Of a stretch of 64,000 bases of DNA, positions 37,140-50,079 are shown one piece after another. The notes under the pieces were generated by a model. That model did no database searches, had not been told where the DNA came from, and was given only the letters and a program-made list of their open reading frames with translations. Made by a program: the position numbers and the translations under genes. The first letter of the stretch is position 1. The number at the start of each line of letters is the position of its first letter. The stretch covers positions 24,502,464 through 24,566,463 of the forward strand of contig NC_043011.1 in assembly GCF_006345805.1 (NCBI RefSeq), read 5' to 3'. This stretch comes from Octopus sinensis. Its lineage: Eukaryota.

Positions 37140-37803
37140 CTAGTTGGCATACCTGGTAATTCCCGGAAAAGCGGGGCTTATCCTTTGGTTCCATTCTCAT
37201 AATTGTTTCGTTAATCCAATAACAACAATACAAAGTATGTAGCCCTTAAAACGGTTTTTGTGCATTTACAAACAATACCGAACTGTCTTACACAGGATCT
37301 TATTTTTAGGAATTCTCAATAAGTTATGAATAACCAAATTGTGAAGTCAGTTATGTAATAACATGAAATCAGTTACCCGATAGTAAGAATTCAAATAAAG
37401 TAGCCGAAAAGGGCTTTAATGCATTCCCAGAGTATACAGAACATAGGAGGAAATACTAATAAAGTATGAATACTAAAATTGTGAAGCATGTTACGTAATA
37501 ACAGGCTAATCATTTATGAGATAATAACAATTCAAAGTAAATAACTCTGAAAAGGCTTTTGTTTGTTCCCAGAGAATATTACCCTCAGCAGTGCTAGTAT
37601 TGGTATATTCATGAATAAGTCACAGTGGATCTATTGTTTAAGAAATTATATTTACTTGTTTAAGGGTTGTACTGGATAAATTACGAAAATAACTGTAACA
37701 GTCCAAATAGTAAGAAATAAGTATACTCAATTTCATTTTTACCAAATTATTTAGGAAAATGAATGGGTTATTTCTTTTGGTTTATAAAATAAGATAGATT
37801 AGA
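37140..37803 (-). mobile_element. Non-autonomous Helitron-like element
   Basis: The minus strand ends CCGGGAATTACCAGGTATGCCAACTAG|T at 37140 and starts A|TC..TTATTTTATAAA near 37794-37803. An internal repeat of about 140 bp starts at 37319 and 37458. Confidence 0.6.
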
Positions 37804-37949
37804 TATATATAAGGATCCCTTCCAGGAGTCCTATTATCAATATTTTCAACAATCTGAGTATGCCATAAAAACTGGGAAACCAGGCCCATGAGCCTGGCTA
37901 GGCTTGAAAAGGGCGGAAAAAAAGATATGTATAATAATTTGATTTCAAA

Positions 37950-38152
37950 TGTTGGCACAAGGTCAGCAATTTCGGGACAGGGAGTGGTCAATTACATCAA
38001 CCCCAGTGTTCAACTGGTACTTATTTTATTAACCCCAAAAAGATGAAAGCAAAGTGAACCATGGTGGAATTTGAACTCAGAATATACAGTTGGATGAAAT
38101 GTTGCTAAGCACTTTACTCAGTATGCTAACAATTCTGCCAGTTTGCTGCCTT
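37950..38152 (-). mobile_element. Older family C SINE variant with a different tail
   Basis: Head and centre homologous to 29639. The tail ends CCTTGTGCCAACATTTGAAA. Confidence 0.75.
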
Positions 38153-38248
38153 AATATATGTTTAATATATTAATAAATGGTATTTGATATAATTAAAAAT
38201 AAATTCAGAAGCTGCTACCATCCTATCATTGAAAATTATCTGTGTTAA

Positions 38249-38302
<54 letters not shown>

Positions 38303-38675
38303 CTGTCTGTCTCTCTCTATTTTTCTCTCTCTCTCTCTCTTTCTTTCTCCCCCCCCCTCTCTCTCTATTTTTCTCTCTCTCTTTCTCATATTTATTTAAT
38401 GTTGCAGATACTAAAGTTAAGAACTGGTACTCTATGAGCTAAATAAGGAACTTCTTCCTGGTATTTCTAAATGTCTGAAATAATATCCAAATCTCCATTG
38501 AATAACACCACACCATATTAAATAAAGAATGAAAAAAACCGGAAAGACACATTAGATAATGTAGTTGTAGGTGGTTACTCAACTGCTAGAAAAAGTAGTC
38601 AAATCTCCCTTATTGTCATCAAAAAGGCAAGGACTCATTTGATAATGTCAAAAAGAAAAAAAGAGTGACTATATA

Positions 38676-39090
38676 GGCATAGGAGTGGCTGTGTGGGAAG
38701 TAGCTTGCTTACCAACCACATGGTTCTGGGTTCAGTCCCACTGCGTGGCACCATGGGCAAGTGTCTTCTAATATAGCCTCAGGCCGACCAAAGCTTTGTG
38801 AGTGGATTTGGTAGATGGAAACTGAAAGAAGCCCATCGTATATATGTATATATATATGTATGTGAGTGTATATGTTTGCGTGTCTGTGTTTGCCCCCCCC
38901 CCCCACATCGATTGACAACCGATGCTGGTGTGTTTATGTCCCCGTAACTTAGCAGTTTGGCAAAGGAGCCCGATAGAATAAGTACTAGGCTTACAAAGAA
39001 TAAGTCCTGGGGTCGATTTGCTCGACTAAAGGCAGTGCTCCAGCACGGCCACAGTCAAATGAGTGAAACAAGTAAAAGAGAGTAAAGAGT
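38676..39090 (+). mobile_element. SINE family A, young and full length
   Basis: Intact A and B boxes, CpGs retained, (GAGTAAA)n tail. Confidence 0.9.
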
Positions 39091-40154
39091 ATATTTGAAA
39101 TATCTTTTATTAAAGGTCTCTTTGATTAGGCTGACATGGGGCTAAACCACAAGAACTGTTGAGTCTTAAGAACTTACACCATTCCAAAAACAATGACTGG
39201 TATTATGGGACCTTGAAATTCATGGGAGGATAGATTAAAACCTATAATCTTGAAACATGTAGGTCTGAAGAATCTTTCACCAAACATGTTCAATTATCGA
39301 TTTATTTTTCTATGTATTTGTCATTGCTGTCATCGTTATGATCACTGTCATTGTTGCCACCACTGCTGCCACTGCTACTACCACTGCAGTCTCTGTTGTT
39401 GTCATCATGGAGTATTCCTTTGGCATGGCAATAACCAAGCAAATGCTTGGAATGAGAGAGGATAATTGATTGAGAGATTAAGCAAGCCAGACACATTAGC
39501 ATGTCCATGAATCATATTCTTTGATAATCAATCTACCCGACACTATATCTGGTTTTAAAGTAAAACCCCTTTCATTTTTTTTTTTGCCATATTTATTTTG
39601 AAAAACGTTGCTTTGTTTCAATTAATTTTGAAAATAATGAAGAAATTACTAAAATAATTTGGTTATTGTTAAGCTGGTATTTGGAACATAAATTAACACA
39701 AAGTTTTGATGGAAGGTTTTCATCTAAATTTCTTCAAAATCAGAACTTTATATCATAGGACCAAAGGCAGTCTCAGATGTGGGTTGGCATCACAAGGATT
39801 ATGGTGTCCTGTTCTAAATTCAGTCTTTCTTTCTTTCTTTTAATGGTTTTAGTTGTAGGACTTCAGCCATGCTGGAGCACTGCCTTAACTTATTTTCTAT
39901 TGGCTTTGATGCCATTTTATGGTAGGAAATTGGCCTATGATTGAGTTTGTAGCAGTTGAACTTACTTGAGTATATGCTTGGTTGGTCTGGTCTCATCGTT
40001 AGGAGCTTATCCAATGTTTTTTTCTTTCAGTGTTTCAGTAGAGGTTCCTTTTATATTTCTGATTTCATTGGGTAAGCAGTTGAACAGTTGAGGACCTCTA
40101 AATATCAGACTGGTACAGCAGAGTGTTTTTGTTCAATGTAAAATCTTTTTGCTG

Positions 40155-40445
40155 TGCTATATTCCAAATGTAAAGGAGTGCAGCCTAATGGTTAGGACAT
40201 GTCACACTAATTAGATTGTGGTTTCGATTCCTGGCCAGGATAGACCATTGTGTTCTTAAGCAAAACATTTCCTTTCGTGTTGCTTTAGTTCATTCAGCTG
40301 TAAATAAGTTCCAGTAATAGTTGAGAAGTTAACCCTATGATGGACTAGCATCCTATCCAGTGTGGTGAGTGTTGTAATCTTACTCATTTATATACCATGG
40401 AGACCATGTTAAATTCCATCCTTAGGAGTCGTAAGAATCATGACA
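40155..40445 (+). mobile_element. Degenerate SINE head D + tail Z
   Basis: CCTAATGGTTAGG..GGTTTCGATTCC..TCTTAAGCAAAAC..GATGGACTAGCATCCTATCCAG. Confidence 0.65.
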
Positions 40446-41149
40446 GACAGAAGTTCAAGTAAAGTTTAGTCCATTCTATGTTCCAAACATCTGCTTAATG
40501 ATAAAATCATTTCACTAAATCCTTCAAATGACCTCACTCGAATGTTTTTCGCATGCCACCAGCACAAGTGCCACTAAGGCAACACTGGTAATGATCATGT
40601 TTGAATAGTGCTTTTTACGTGCCACCGTCACAGAAGCCAGTCAGCTGGTCTGGCAGGAATCATGCTCAGATGGTGCTCTTAGCACTCCACTGCCAGTCAT
40701 CAAATTTGTGAATTTGGTTTGATTTTGATTTCACTTGCTTCAACAGGTCTTTGCAAGCAGAGTTTAGAGTCCAATGAAGGAAAAGTATGCATAAATGGGC
40801 TGGTTACGCTCCTGGCATAGGCCACGGGTTACAGTCTCACTTGGCTTGCCGGGTCTTCTCACGCACTGCGTATTTCTGAAATAAATAAAAGGATAAAAGA
40901 ATAAATAAGCATTACATTTGACAAAGTAATTTGAATGCTGAAGGGTTAAAGTGATCGACATTAAAACCTTTCATGAAAGCTTATGTTCTGAACACCAGCT
41001 TAATAATGGCAAAGATATTTTAGTAAATTATTCAGTATTTTCAAAATTTATTGAGACAGTTTAACTCAGTTCCATGCAACTAAAAGTTTTGTAGTCTCAT
41101 AGAATAAACCCATCTAGTTAAGAGTAATGGGATATGAGACAAATTCAAG

Positions 41150-41490
41150 TTGGCTTCTAAACGTTAGGCCTACTCAGGGCACGTGGTGCTATTGGTCTGA
41201 AAACGATATCGGTTGTTTTCTGGGATGTGACATGCAGCAACATGTTCTCTGGTTCCAATCTTGCTGCATTGGCTGCAAACCCAGGTGTCCTCACTCGCAA
41301 CATAGAGGACAGAAAAATCAATAAATACAAGGACCTGACCAGCTGTTATCGGTTTGTGCCAGTCGCTGCTGAGATGCCTACTGATTTCTTCCACAAAATC
41401 AGGATAATGGTGGCCTATCTGAGAAATGAGCTCAATGAAGTGGAGTGGCTACTGTAATGAGTATTGCTGGCCAGTCTCTGCAATAATATC
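41150..41490 (+). pseudogene. CRE-like non-LTR retrotransposon, RLE domain remnant
   Basis: WDVTCSNMFSGSNL...EDRKINKYKDLTSCYRFVPVAAE matches the WDxTC..K..KY..L..Y.FVP.AVE pattern of CRE-clade restriction-like endonucleases. Confidence 0.7.
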
Positions 41491-41498
41491 ATCACAGT

Positions 41499-41745
41499 CA
41501 CATGGCTTAGGGGTTAGAGTGTTGGACTCATAATCGTAAGATTGTGGTTTGAATCCCTGGACCAAGCAACACATTGTGTTCTTGAGCAAAATACTTCATT
41601 TCATGTTGCTCCAGTCTACTCAGCTGGCAATAATGAGTTATCCTGTGATGGACCAGCATCCTGTCCAGGTGGAGATTATATACACCATGTAACCATGAAA
41701 CTGGCTCTTTTGAGTCTGTATGACTCGAGAAGGTAGCTTTACCTT
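41499..41745 (+). mobile_element. SINE head D + tail Z
   Basis: Homologue of 3810-4062. Confidence 0.85.
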
Positions 41746-42443
41746 TATCTAATGTGTCATTACCTTGTTTCAACAGAAGTAAGGTATCAAAAAGATTAAA
41801 AAATTAATCCCTAAACAACTTCCACTTGGTAAAGAGTAACAAAGGACAAAAACCATTTACTGAAAGCTCTTGTAACATGTCCTTAAAAACTGGAATCTTC
41901 AGATTATTAATTTATCAAATCTCAACTGTGCTGCATACAGTCAAGTCATATTGCCTGTTAGCATCAGTTGAGAAAACCAATTTTTTCTTCATTTTTGGAG
42001 GTTCTTCTGTTGGCTGCTTCTTAATTCCTTATCCTCTTCCTCTCTGGTTTAAGACTGATCCACCTTGTTAACAATCAAAAGATTACAAACAGACCAATAA
42101 ATAATATAATCTACAAGATCTTATCTGCTCTCATGTTTAACTTCCTTGATATCTCCAAGTTCCAGCCTAATTCAATCTAAATAATCTGTTATGCATCTGT
42201 GAATATTTCTGGGAATGTGTGTGTGTGTACATGGTCGTGTGTGTGTGCGTGTGTGGATTCATGATCAGCTTAATTATTGTTGACATCAGAGAAAGACGGA
42301 CAGACAATAACAGATAGATAGACTATCAAAGGAAAAAAACCAAAACAAAGAAAAACAAAAAAAGAGAGTGAAAGAGAGAGAGAGGGCAGAGACAAAATGG
42401 GAGAGAAAGAGCCAGAGAGAGATGAAATGAGAGAGGGAGAGAG

Positions 42444-42479
<36 letters not shown>

Positions 42480-43374
42480 CTTGAGTTAAGAGAAAAAGAA
42501 ATAATGAGAGAAAGAGAAAAAAAAGACAAAGGTAAGGTAAGAGAAAGTGGGAGAGAGATCAAACAATGTTTTTCTGACCTTGTTGACACAAAAAATATAT
42601 TTATTGCATTGTGAATTTTCCGTGTGTGTGAGTGTGTGTGCATATGTCTGTGTATGTAGGTAGATGTATTTATGTATGCATCCATATATCCAAACATATA
42701 TCTACTCCAACAATTCCTCATCCATATGAATGTATCTTCGTTAATGATTCCAACAAAGGCAGTTTGGTGAAGATATCAGCATGCACTCCGAATGAGAGTA
42801 CCTTGTTTGTCAAAGACCATGATGGAACAGTGAAGGAAACAAACATATGTTATGATAAGAATGTAAAAAATATTTTTCAGTCAGAAATCAAGTAGACCCA
42901 CATCTAGTGTCTTTGGATGCTTATAATATGAGTTTGATTTTACATAAATAAGCACCTATCCATCTGTCCGTTTGTCTGTCTGTGCGTCTATCTGTCTATC
43001 TATCTATCTATTTTTCTATCTATCTTTCTATCTATCTATTTATCTCTGTCTATCTCTCTATCTGTTTGTCTGTTTGTCTATGTATCTATCTATCTATCTG
43101 TCTGCCTATCAGTCTGTCTATCAGTCTATCTATCTATCTATCTACCTACCTACCTATCTATCTATCTGTCTGTCTGTCTGTCTTTATGCATGTGTGTGTG
43201 AATGTATATATGTATGTATATATATGTATTTATATACACATACACATATATATATATATATATGCATGTATATATATATGTGTGTGTGTGTATACATACT
43301 GTGTTTATATATATGCATACACACACACACACACATATATATATATACACACAAATATATACATGCATGTATGG

Positions 43375-43538
43375 GTACAGGACGTCAAAACAGTAAGCAA
43401 CATGAAATATGAAAACAAATGAGTTCAATACACAAACAACGAGAGAAACAAATGGAAAACAGGACAAGTAACATAAAGAACGACCCTTCATCAGTTGTTG
43501 GCTGTCTATCTACTCCTCATTTCGAGGAGTAGATAGAC
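43375..43538 (-). mobile_element. Probable PLE terminal fragment ending in a perfect hairpin
   Basis: The minus strand has CTGATGAAGGG and a T-rich tail. A 15-bp stem forms from 43504-43518 and 43524-43538. Confidence 0.5.
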
Positions 43539-43939
43539 CACAAAATTAGGGATAAAATCCCAACAGGAATTTTCCTGGACCAATTGGTTTCTGATTTTAG
43601 TTTAGCAAATAATATTTGCTTGGTGAAATCTTCATCAACATGTACACCTTAGATTAAATATATAAAACATGAGGCAATCAACTATGTGCCTCTTGTTTAT
43701 ACATCCTAATTTTTTCAAAATCTACTGCACAGATGCAGCCCCTCGTCGGCAATAAAAAAATGCCAACTTTTAAAATCCGAAAATTATCCAACAACTAACA
43801 ATATTTAATCATATCAAAGAGAAATGGAAATTAATAGAAATTTTCACTCCAGTGGCCTGGCATATAAAAATTTAGTCCAAAGACTATGTATTACTCATAA
43901 AATGCAGTGTACATTTAAACAGTCTCTTAGTAAACTTAG

Positions 43940-44300
43940 GTTATATGGTGTTATTTGTCTGAAAGCAATAGTATTTCATTTCTGGGATGCTACATGCAGC
44001 AACATATTCTCTGGCTCCAACTTTGGTGCATTGGTTGCAAGAGAGAAAAACCAATAAATTCAGGGGCCTGAGTGGCCCCCATCAGTTTGTGCTGGTCACT
44101 GTCAAGACGTTAGGTGGTCTTGGACCCTATGCTAATGTTTTCTTCCACAAAATCAGGATAACTGTGGTTCATCTGAGAAATAAGCTTGCAAATTAGAGTG
44201 AGCACTGCAATGAGTATTGCTGACCATTCCCCTTGGCAATACGACTGTGGTCATTGTTGCAGGGCATGGCTGAGCACACCATTTGTTCTGGGGTGATGAT
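43940..44300 (+). pseudogene. Second CRE-like RLE remnant
   Basis: WDATCSNIFSGSNF...KTNKFRGLSGPHQFVLVTVKTLGGLGPYANVFFHKI. Homologous to 41150-41490. Confidence 0.7.
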
Positions 44301-45539
44301 GATAATTTAGCTATATTCTTAAGCTAAATTAAACAAAAAAGTTCTTCCTTTTCTCTCTCTCTCTCTCTCCTTTTTCTCTCATTCTTCCATCTATCCTCAA
44401 GTGAGTTTCACTATAGTCATTCATCCCCCTAGAAATAGCAGACAAATCTCCCTCACTTCATATGCTTCTGTCTTAGAAAAAGAAAGACTATTTAAACATA
44501 AGCACAGGAGTAGCTGGTGGCTGTGTGGTAAGTAGCTTGCTTACCAACCATGTAGTTTCTGGTTCAGTCCCTAACCTTCCCTCTCCATCATCTGCTGCTT
44601 TACCCTCCCTCATTTTTTCCCCTTCCTTTTTTTTTATCTTACTTTCTTATTTCTATTTCTTTGTATTTAATTGTTACAATTTAAAATGTGATCTGTTGTA
44701 TAGTTGATTGCAGAAATAAACATCTAAGTAAATGTTAGTTCTTTTCTTAATTCTCTGGCCCACATGCACAAACAGAATGTTGGTAGGTTGCTGTTGCTGC
44801 TATGTCAGGAACCTGTGTGGTGGCATGGTATGTTTAGTGACATCTGTTCATTGCATTTGATGCTACACATGGCAGGCTGGAGTGTTGTCATGAGTTCGTT
44901 ACTCAGTAGGCAATCTGTAGAGAGCTAACATAAGAATAGCAACAGCCTTCCCACAGGAGTAACCAGATTTGGTGGTGCTTGATTAAAATTAGATAACACA
45001 AGCCTAAAAAAATTTGCTGGTAAAAGAATTTGAGACTGGGTGATTTGGCCTGGACGGGGCTAAGGGGCTGTAGTATATACGAGCAGTAAGGGTTAATACC
45101 TTACCCTTGCAAGACCTCTGGTGGTATATCTGGATTGTTGGTTGCCAATAGGTTGAGGTTCATTAACTGAACATACCTTTGTTGGCAACAATAAAACTGT
45201 TCATTCTTCTTGTTGATGGATATTACGGGTTAATGAAATGTGTGTAGTCTCTCATAGAAGCAGAGCTGACAATTGCATGTTCAAGGTAGGTATGAAAGGA
45301 CCCTGTCAGTGATATATATATATATATATATAAATTAAAATTTACGTAAGTAAAATTAAGTAACATGTTAATAGTGAAACATGTATGTGAATAATCCATA
45401 TTTTTATTGTTTTTCCTTTTGTCTTGCTCAATTACATTTTGGTTGTTTTGCTAAATTTTTCTTGAGAACATTTCTTAGTGGTAAAACCATAGCGGATCTA
45501 TTTCTAGCATAAATGTGTCCACATAGTGGTTTTCCTCTA

Positions 45540-45577
<38 letters not shown>

Positions 45578-45584
45578 TCAGATG

Positions 45585-46098
45585 TTGTAAGCAAGAGAGA
45601 AAACTGCACTAGTATGGTCATGTGATGTGTATGGATGAGGAGAGCTGCATAAAGAAATGCCAATCTCTAATTGTGGAAGAAACCTGTGGAAGAGGTAGGC
45701 CTAGGAAGATGTGGAATGAGGTGGTGAAACATGATCTTTGGCTGTTGAGTCTCATGAAAGCAATGACAAGTGACCTGGTGAATTGCTTGAGAAGATACAA
45801 GAAGCAAAGTGAAATCAGTCATGGCCAGAGCTGATGATATGTGACTGGTACCTTTGCTGGTGACACCCATGGAAAAGGCACCCATGCAGTGACACATTAA
45901 AGACACTCGCAACAGTGGTACATGAAAGGTACCCATGACAGTGACTGTTGAGTGGTTGGCATTAGGAAGGGCATTGAACTGAAGAAACCAAGCCAAAAAC
46001 AGACTATGGAACCTTGTGTGACCCTCCAGCTTACCATCTTCAGTCAAACCGTCCAACCCATGCCAGCTTGGAAAACAGATATTAAATGATGATGATGA
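45585..46098 (+). mobile_element. RTE LINE 3' end
   Basis: QERKLH*YGHVMCMDEESCIKKC...CGRGRPRKMWNEVVKHDL, followed by a UTR and a (GAT)n tail. Confidence 0.85.
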
Positions 46099-46169
46099 TA
46101 CACACACACACACACAAACACACATATGAGGGAGAGAGAAAGAAATGAGATAGAAATGTAAATATGTAA

Positions 46170-46583
46170 GTGGGTTTGGTAGTCGGAAACTGAAAGAAGC
46201 CTGTTGTATGTGTGTGTGTGTGTGTTTTTATGTCTATGTTTGTCTCCCCACCATCACTGGTGTGTTTACATCCCCATAACTTGGTGTTTCGGCAAAAGAG
46301 ACTGATAGAATAAGTACTAGGCTTACAAAGATTAAGTATTGGGGTCAATTTGCTCGACTAAATGTGGTGCTCCAGCATGGCTGCAGTCAAATGACTAAAA
46401 CAAATAAAAAAATAAAAGAAATAGATACACTACGAGTAAGTTTGAATGATAGACAGAAAATAGCTAGGGTAGAAATATCTATGCTGCGTGGCACCTTGGG
46501 CAAGTGTCTACTACTATAGCCTCAGGTCGACCAAAGCCGTGTGAGTGGATTTGGTAGACGGAAACTGAAAGAAGCCCATCGTA

Positions 46584-46654
<71 letters not shown>

Positions 46655-46875
46655 GTGTGTATATGTTTGTGTGTCTATGTTTGTCTCCCCAACATCGCTT
46701 GACAACTAATGATTGTGTGTTTACATCTCCATAACTTAGCGGTTCGGCAAAAGAGGCCAATAGAATAAGTACTAGGCATCCAAAGAATAAATCCCGGGGG
46801 CGATTTGATTGACTAAAGGCGGTGCTCCAGCATGACCACAGTCAAATGATTGAAACAAGTAAACGAGTAAAGAGT
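46170..46875 (+). mobile_element. Two adjacent 5'-truncated family A SINEs (46170-46420 and 46483-46875)
   Basis: Homology to 38676-39090. Confidence 0.8.
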
Positions 46876-47102
46876 AAGTCTGCTCAATCAGAGTTGATTC
46901 AAGTTGGTAGGGGACAGGGTGTGGTTGAGGTAATCAACATCATCAACAAGAACAACAACAATGACAATACAAGAACAGCAGCAACAAATCTATTCCCCCA
47001 CCTCATCTATACCTCCCATGCTGCCTTCCTCTCGAAAGATAACAGTGTTATCTTCAGAAAATCTAAAAGCCTGACTTCATATTTAACTCACACACACCCA
47101 CA

Positions 47103-47137
<35 letters not shown>

Positions 47138-47224
47138 CATACATATATGCAAACACATGCACACACACAAATACACACATGTACATGCACATACATGTAC
47201 ACAAACACTCATGTATATACACAC

Positions 47225-47600
47225 ACACATGCACACACAAAGATGCACACAAACATATATACATACATTCACAAATGCACACGTGAACATGCATCTACAC
47301 ACGCATGCTTATAAATACACACACCTAAACTCAAACACAAACACACATGTTTATACACATGCACACACAAAGATGCATATGAACATATATACACACATTC
47401 ACAAACACACACGTGAACATGCATATACACACGCATGCTTATAAACACACATGCCTAAACTCAAACACAAACACACATGTTTATACACATGCACACACAA
47501 AGATGCATATGAACATATATACACACATTCACAAACACACACGTGAACATGCATATACACACGCATGCTTATAAACACACATGCCTAAACTCAAACACAC
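47225..47600. repeat. 130-bp tandem repeat (about 3 copies) derived from CA-rich microsatellite
   Basis: GCACACACAAAGATGCA recurs at 47231, 47361 and 47491. Confidence 0.85.
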
Positions 47601-48087
47601 ATGCATGCACACACATACATGCACATGCACATACTTATACATAAACACATGCATTTTGATATTTTAGCAACCTAATCTTTCTCCTAAACATCTCCAGAAC
47701 AATCTGCTATCTTTACCATTCTGCAACTTATTAAATGAGTCTTCATCATATTTTCTTAACACAAAGTCAACAGAGCACCCTTCTTTCTGTGATAATTAAT
47801 TAGAGTCCCTTCAATATCTACACCTTGTAACATATCCCCTCATCTCATTACAGTTTTTTTAGTGCAACAAACATTGATAAGAATCCCTTTCCTTTTTATG
47901 GGTGTAGGAATGATCATGTGGTTAAGAAGTTTGCTTTACAAACATGTGGTCTTGAGTTCAGTCTTATTGTGCAGCACTTTGGGTAAGAATTTTTTTTTCT
48001 CCTAAAGGCCCTAGCTGATCAAAGACTTATGAGAGGATTTAGTAGACGGAAACTGAAAGAAGCCTGTTGTATATTCATACATACATA

Positions 48088-48788
48088 TTTATTCTTTTAC
48101 TTGTTTCAATCCTTTGACTGTGGCCATGCTACAGCACCACCTTTAGTCGACCAAATGGACCCCAGGACTTATTCTTTGTAAGCCTAGTACTTATTCTATT
48201 GACCTCTTTTACTGAACTGCTAAGTCATGGGGATGTAAACAGACTAGCATCAGTTGTCAGGCGATGTTGGGGGGACAAACACAGACATACAAACACACAC
48301 ACATACACATATATACATACATATATATAAATTAGAAGAAAACTACTGTTTATTAATTCAACAATGAAAAAACTAAATTATACCATATAGAAAATAAATT
48401 AAATATAAGATAAAAACATATACCAATTATTAAGTAATGTACAAAATAATAAATAAAACGTAAATAATTGGTAAAATGACGACATGTCTTTCGTGGCTAT
48501 ATTTAAAAACTGATAACAGAAAAATCAATTCAATTTAAATGTAGCCACTCTTCAGGTTAAAGATAAAGACAATAGAATAAATAAATAAATAAATAAATAT
48601 ACATATATAATCTTGTAAAATACAAAATATCTTAACAAATATATTCTGGAGTAAATAAAAATAGAATAAATAGGTATAAATATTTATTATATCTATAAAA
48701 ATAAAATTTTAACTTATATAGGAAAAGAATAACAAACTATAACATATCATTACTAGAAAATTAAAATACAATTAATTAAATTATTTAA

Positions 48789-48820
<32 letters not shown>

Positions 48821-49094
48821 ATACAAAATATATATTGAGTGAAAATTAATATTCTATAATTTAATCTATATACATTAAATTAAATTATTTCTTAATTTAT
48901 TTATTTAATTAACATCTAAGTTAAATCTTATTCTAATTAAGTAATGTATACTATAAAAACTTCATGTTAAGTTATAAACATAATACTAGTACAAGCTAAG
49001 AATATTAGAATTAAAAATAGAAAATGGTTCAAATATATACACATCTATTATATAAACTTACTATATAATTAATTTATATATAGTATATATAAAT

Positions 49095-49136
<42 letters not shown>

Positions 49137-49147
49137 ATTATATATAT

Positions 49148-49192
<45 letters not shown>

Positions 49193-49356
49193 GATGGATG
49201 TTTTTCAGTTTCCGTCTACCAAATCCACTCACAAGGCTTTGGTTGGCCTGAGGCCATTGTAGAAGACACTTGCCCAAGGTCCCCCACAGTGGAACTGAAC
49301 CTGGAATCATGTAGTTGGTAAGCAGGCTACTTACCACACAGCCACTCCAGCGCCTA
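48088..49356 (-). mobile_element. Family A SINE split by a ~0.8-kb AT-rich insertion
   Basis: The 3' half is at 48088-48300 and the 5' half at 49190-49356. Confidence 0.8.
48477..48559 (-). ncRNA. Hammerhead-like ribozyme with long stem II
   Basis: CUGAAGA GUGGCUACAUUUAAA...UUUAAAUAUAGCCAC GAAA GACAUGUC GUCA. Confidence 0.65.
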
Positions 49357-49921
49357 TTATACAAATAATTATTTCAGTATTGGGCATGTACCTAGTAGTT
49401 AGCCAATGAAGAATGTTCACTGCCTATGGTTACCTGATGTCATCCATGGTATTTGTACAATTGTTGCTGTATCTGCCTCAAGAATTCCTCAGTTTTCATT
49501 GAACATATAACAAATGATAGAGATGGGAAATGGAATATACAAGAAACTGTATTCGTCACAACGACCATTTCGATGCACCCTGCATAGATCCCACATGGGT
49601 GGAATACTGTACAACTGGTTGTGGTGCATCCCTTGGTGCAGAAGTGTCTTGTCATGTGGTTTTATGAGGGGCATCTTGTGAAATAAACCCTGTTTCTCTT
49701 AGTTTTAATACAGCTTGTTGTTAGTGACCATAGGTTTAAGCCATTGGGCAGGAATGGCAAAAGACAGACTTTGTTGTAATATTATAGACAGTTGTCTACA
49801 TGCATTTAGTAGTAAATCAAAGACAGGGACAAAATAAGAAAAATAAAATATACACTAATGTAAACAACGTGTAAGTAGACATATAGATACTTTTGTGCCC
49901 ACACTTGTGGGTACAAGTGTA

Positions 49922-49970
<49 letters not shown>

Positions 49971-50079
49971 AAATGCACAGTTATGTAGATGTAATTAAAC
50001 TCTGACAAACATCCAACAATTCCTGTCTCTTGCTGTGATGCTAGGCACAGTAGATTCCACCTGACTGGATCACTTGGTT

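Noticed and set aside
42690-42895. Complex-looking ORF tail (PHPYECIFVNDS...)
   Set aside because: No recognisable domain, no clear splice acceptor, and the start lies in a microsatellite.
44740-45310. Possible L1/Tx1 ORF2 remnant on the minus strand
   Set aside because: Only a faint motif resemblance (YHQRS..GKVL). Too decayed to call without a search.
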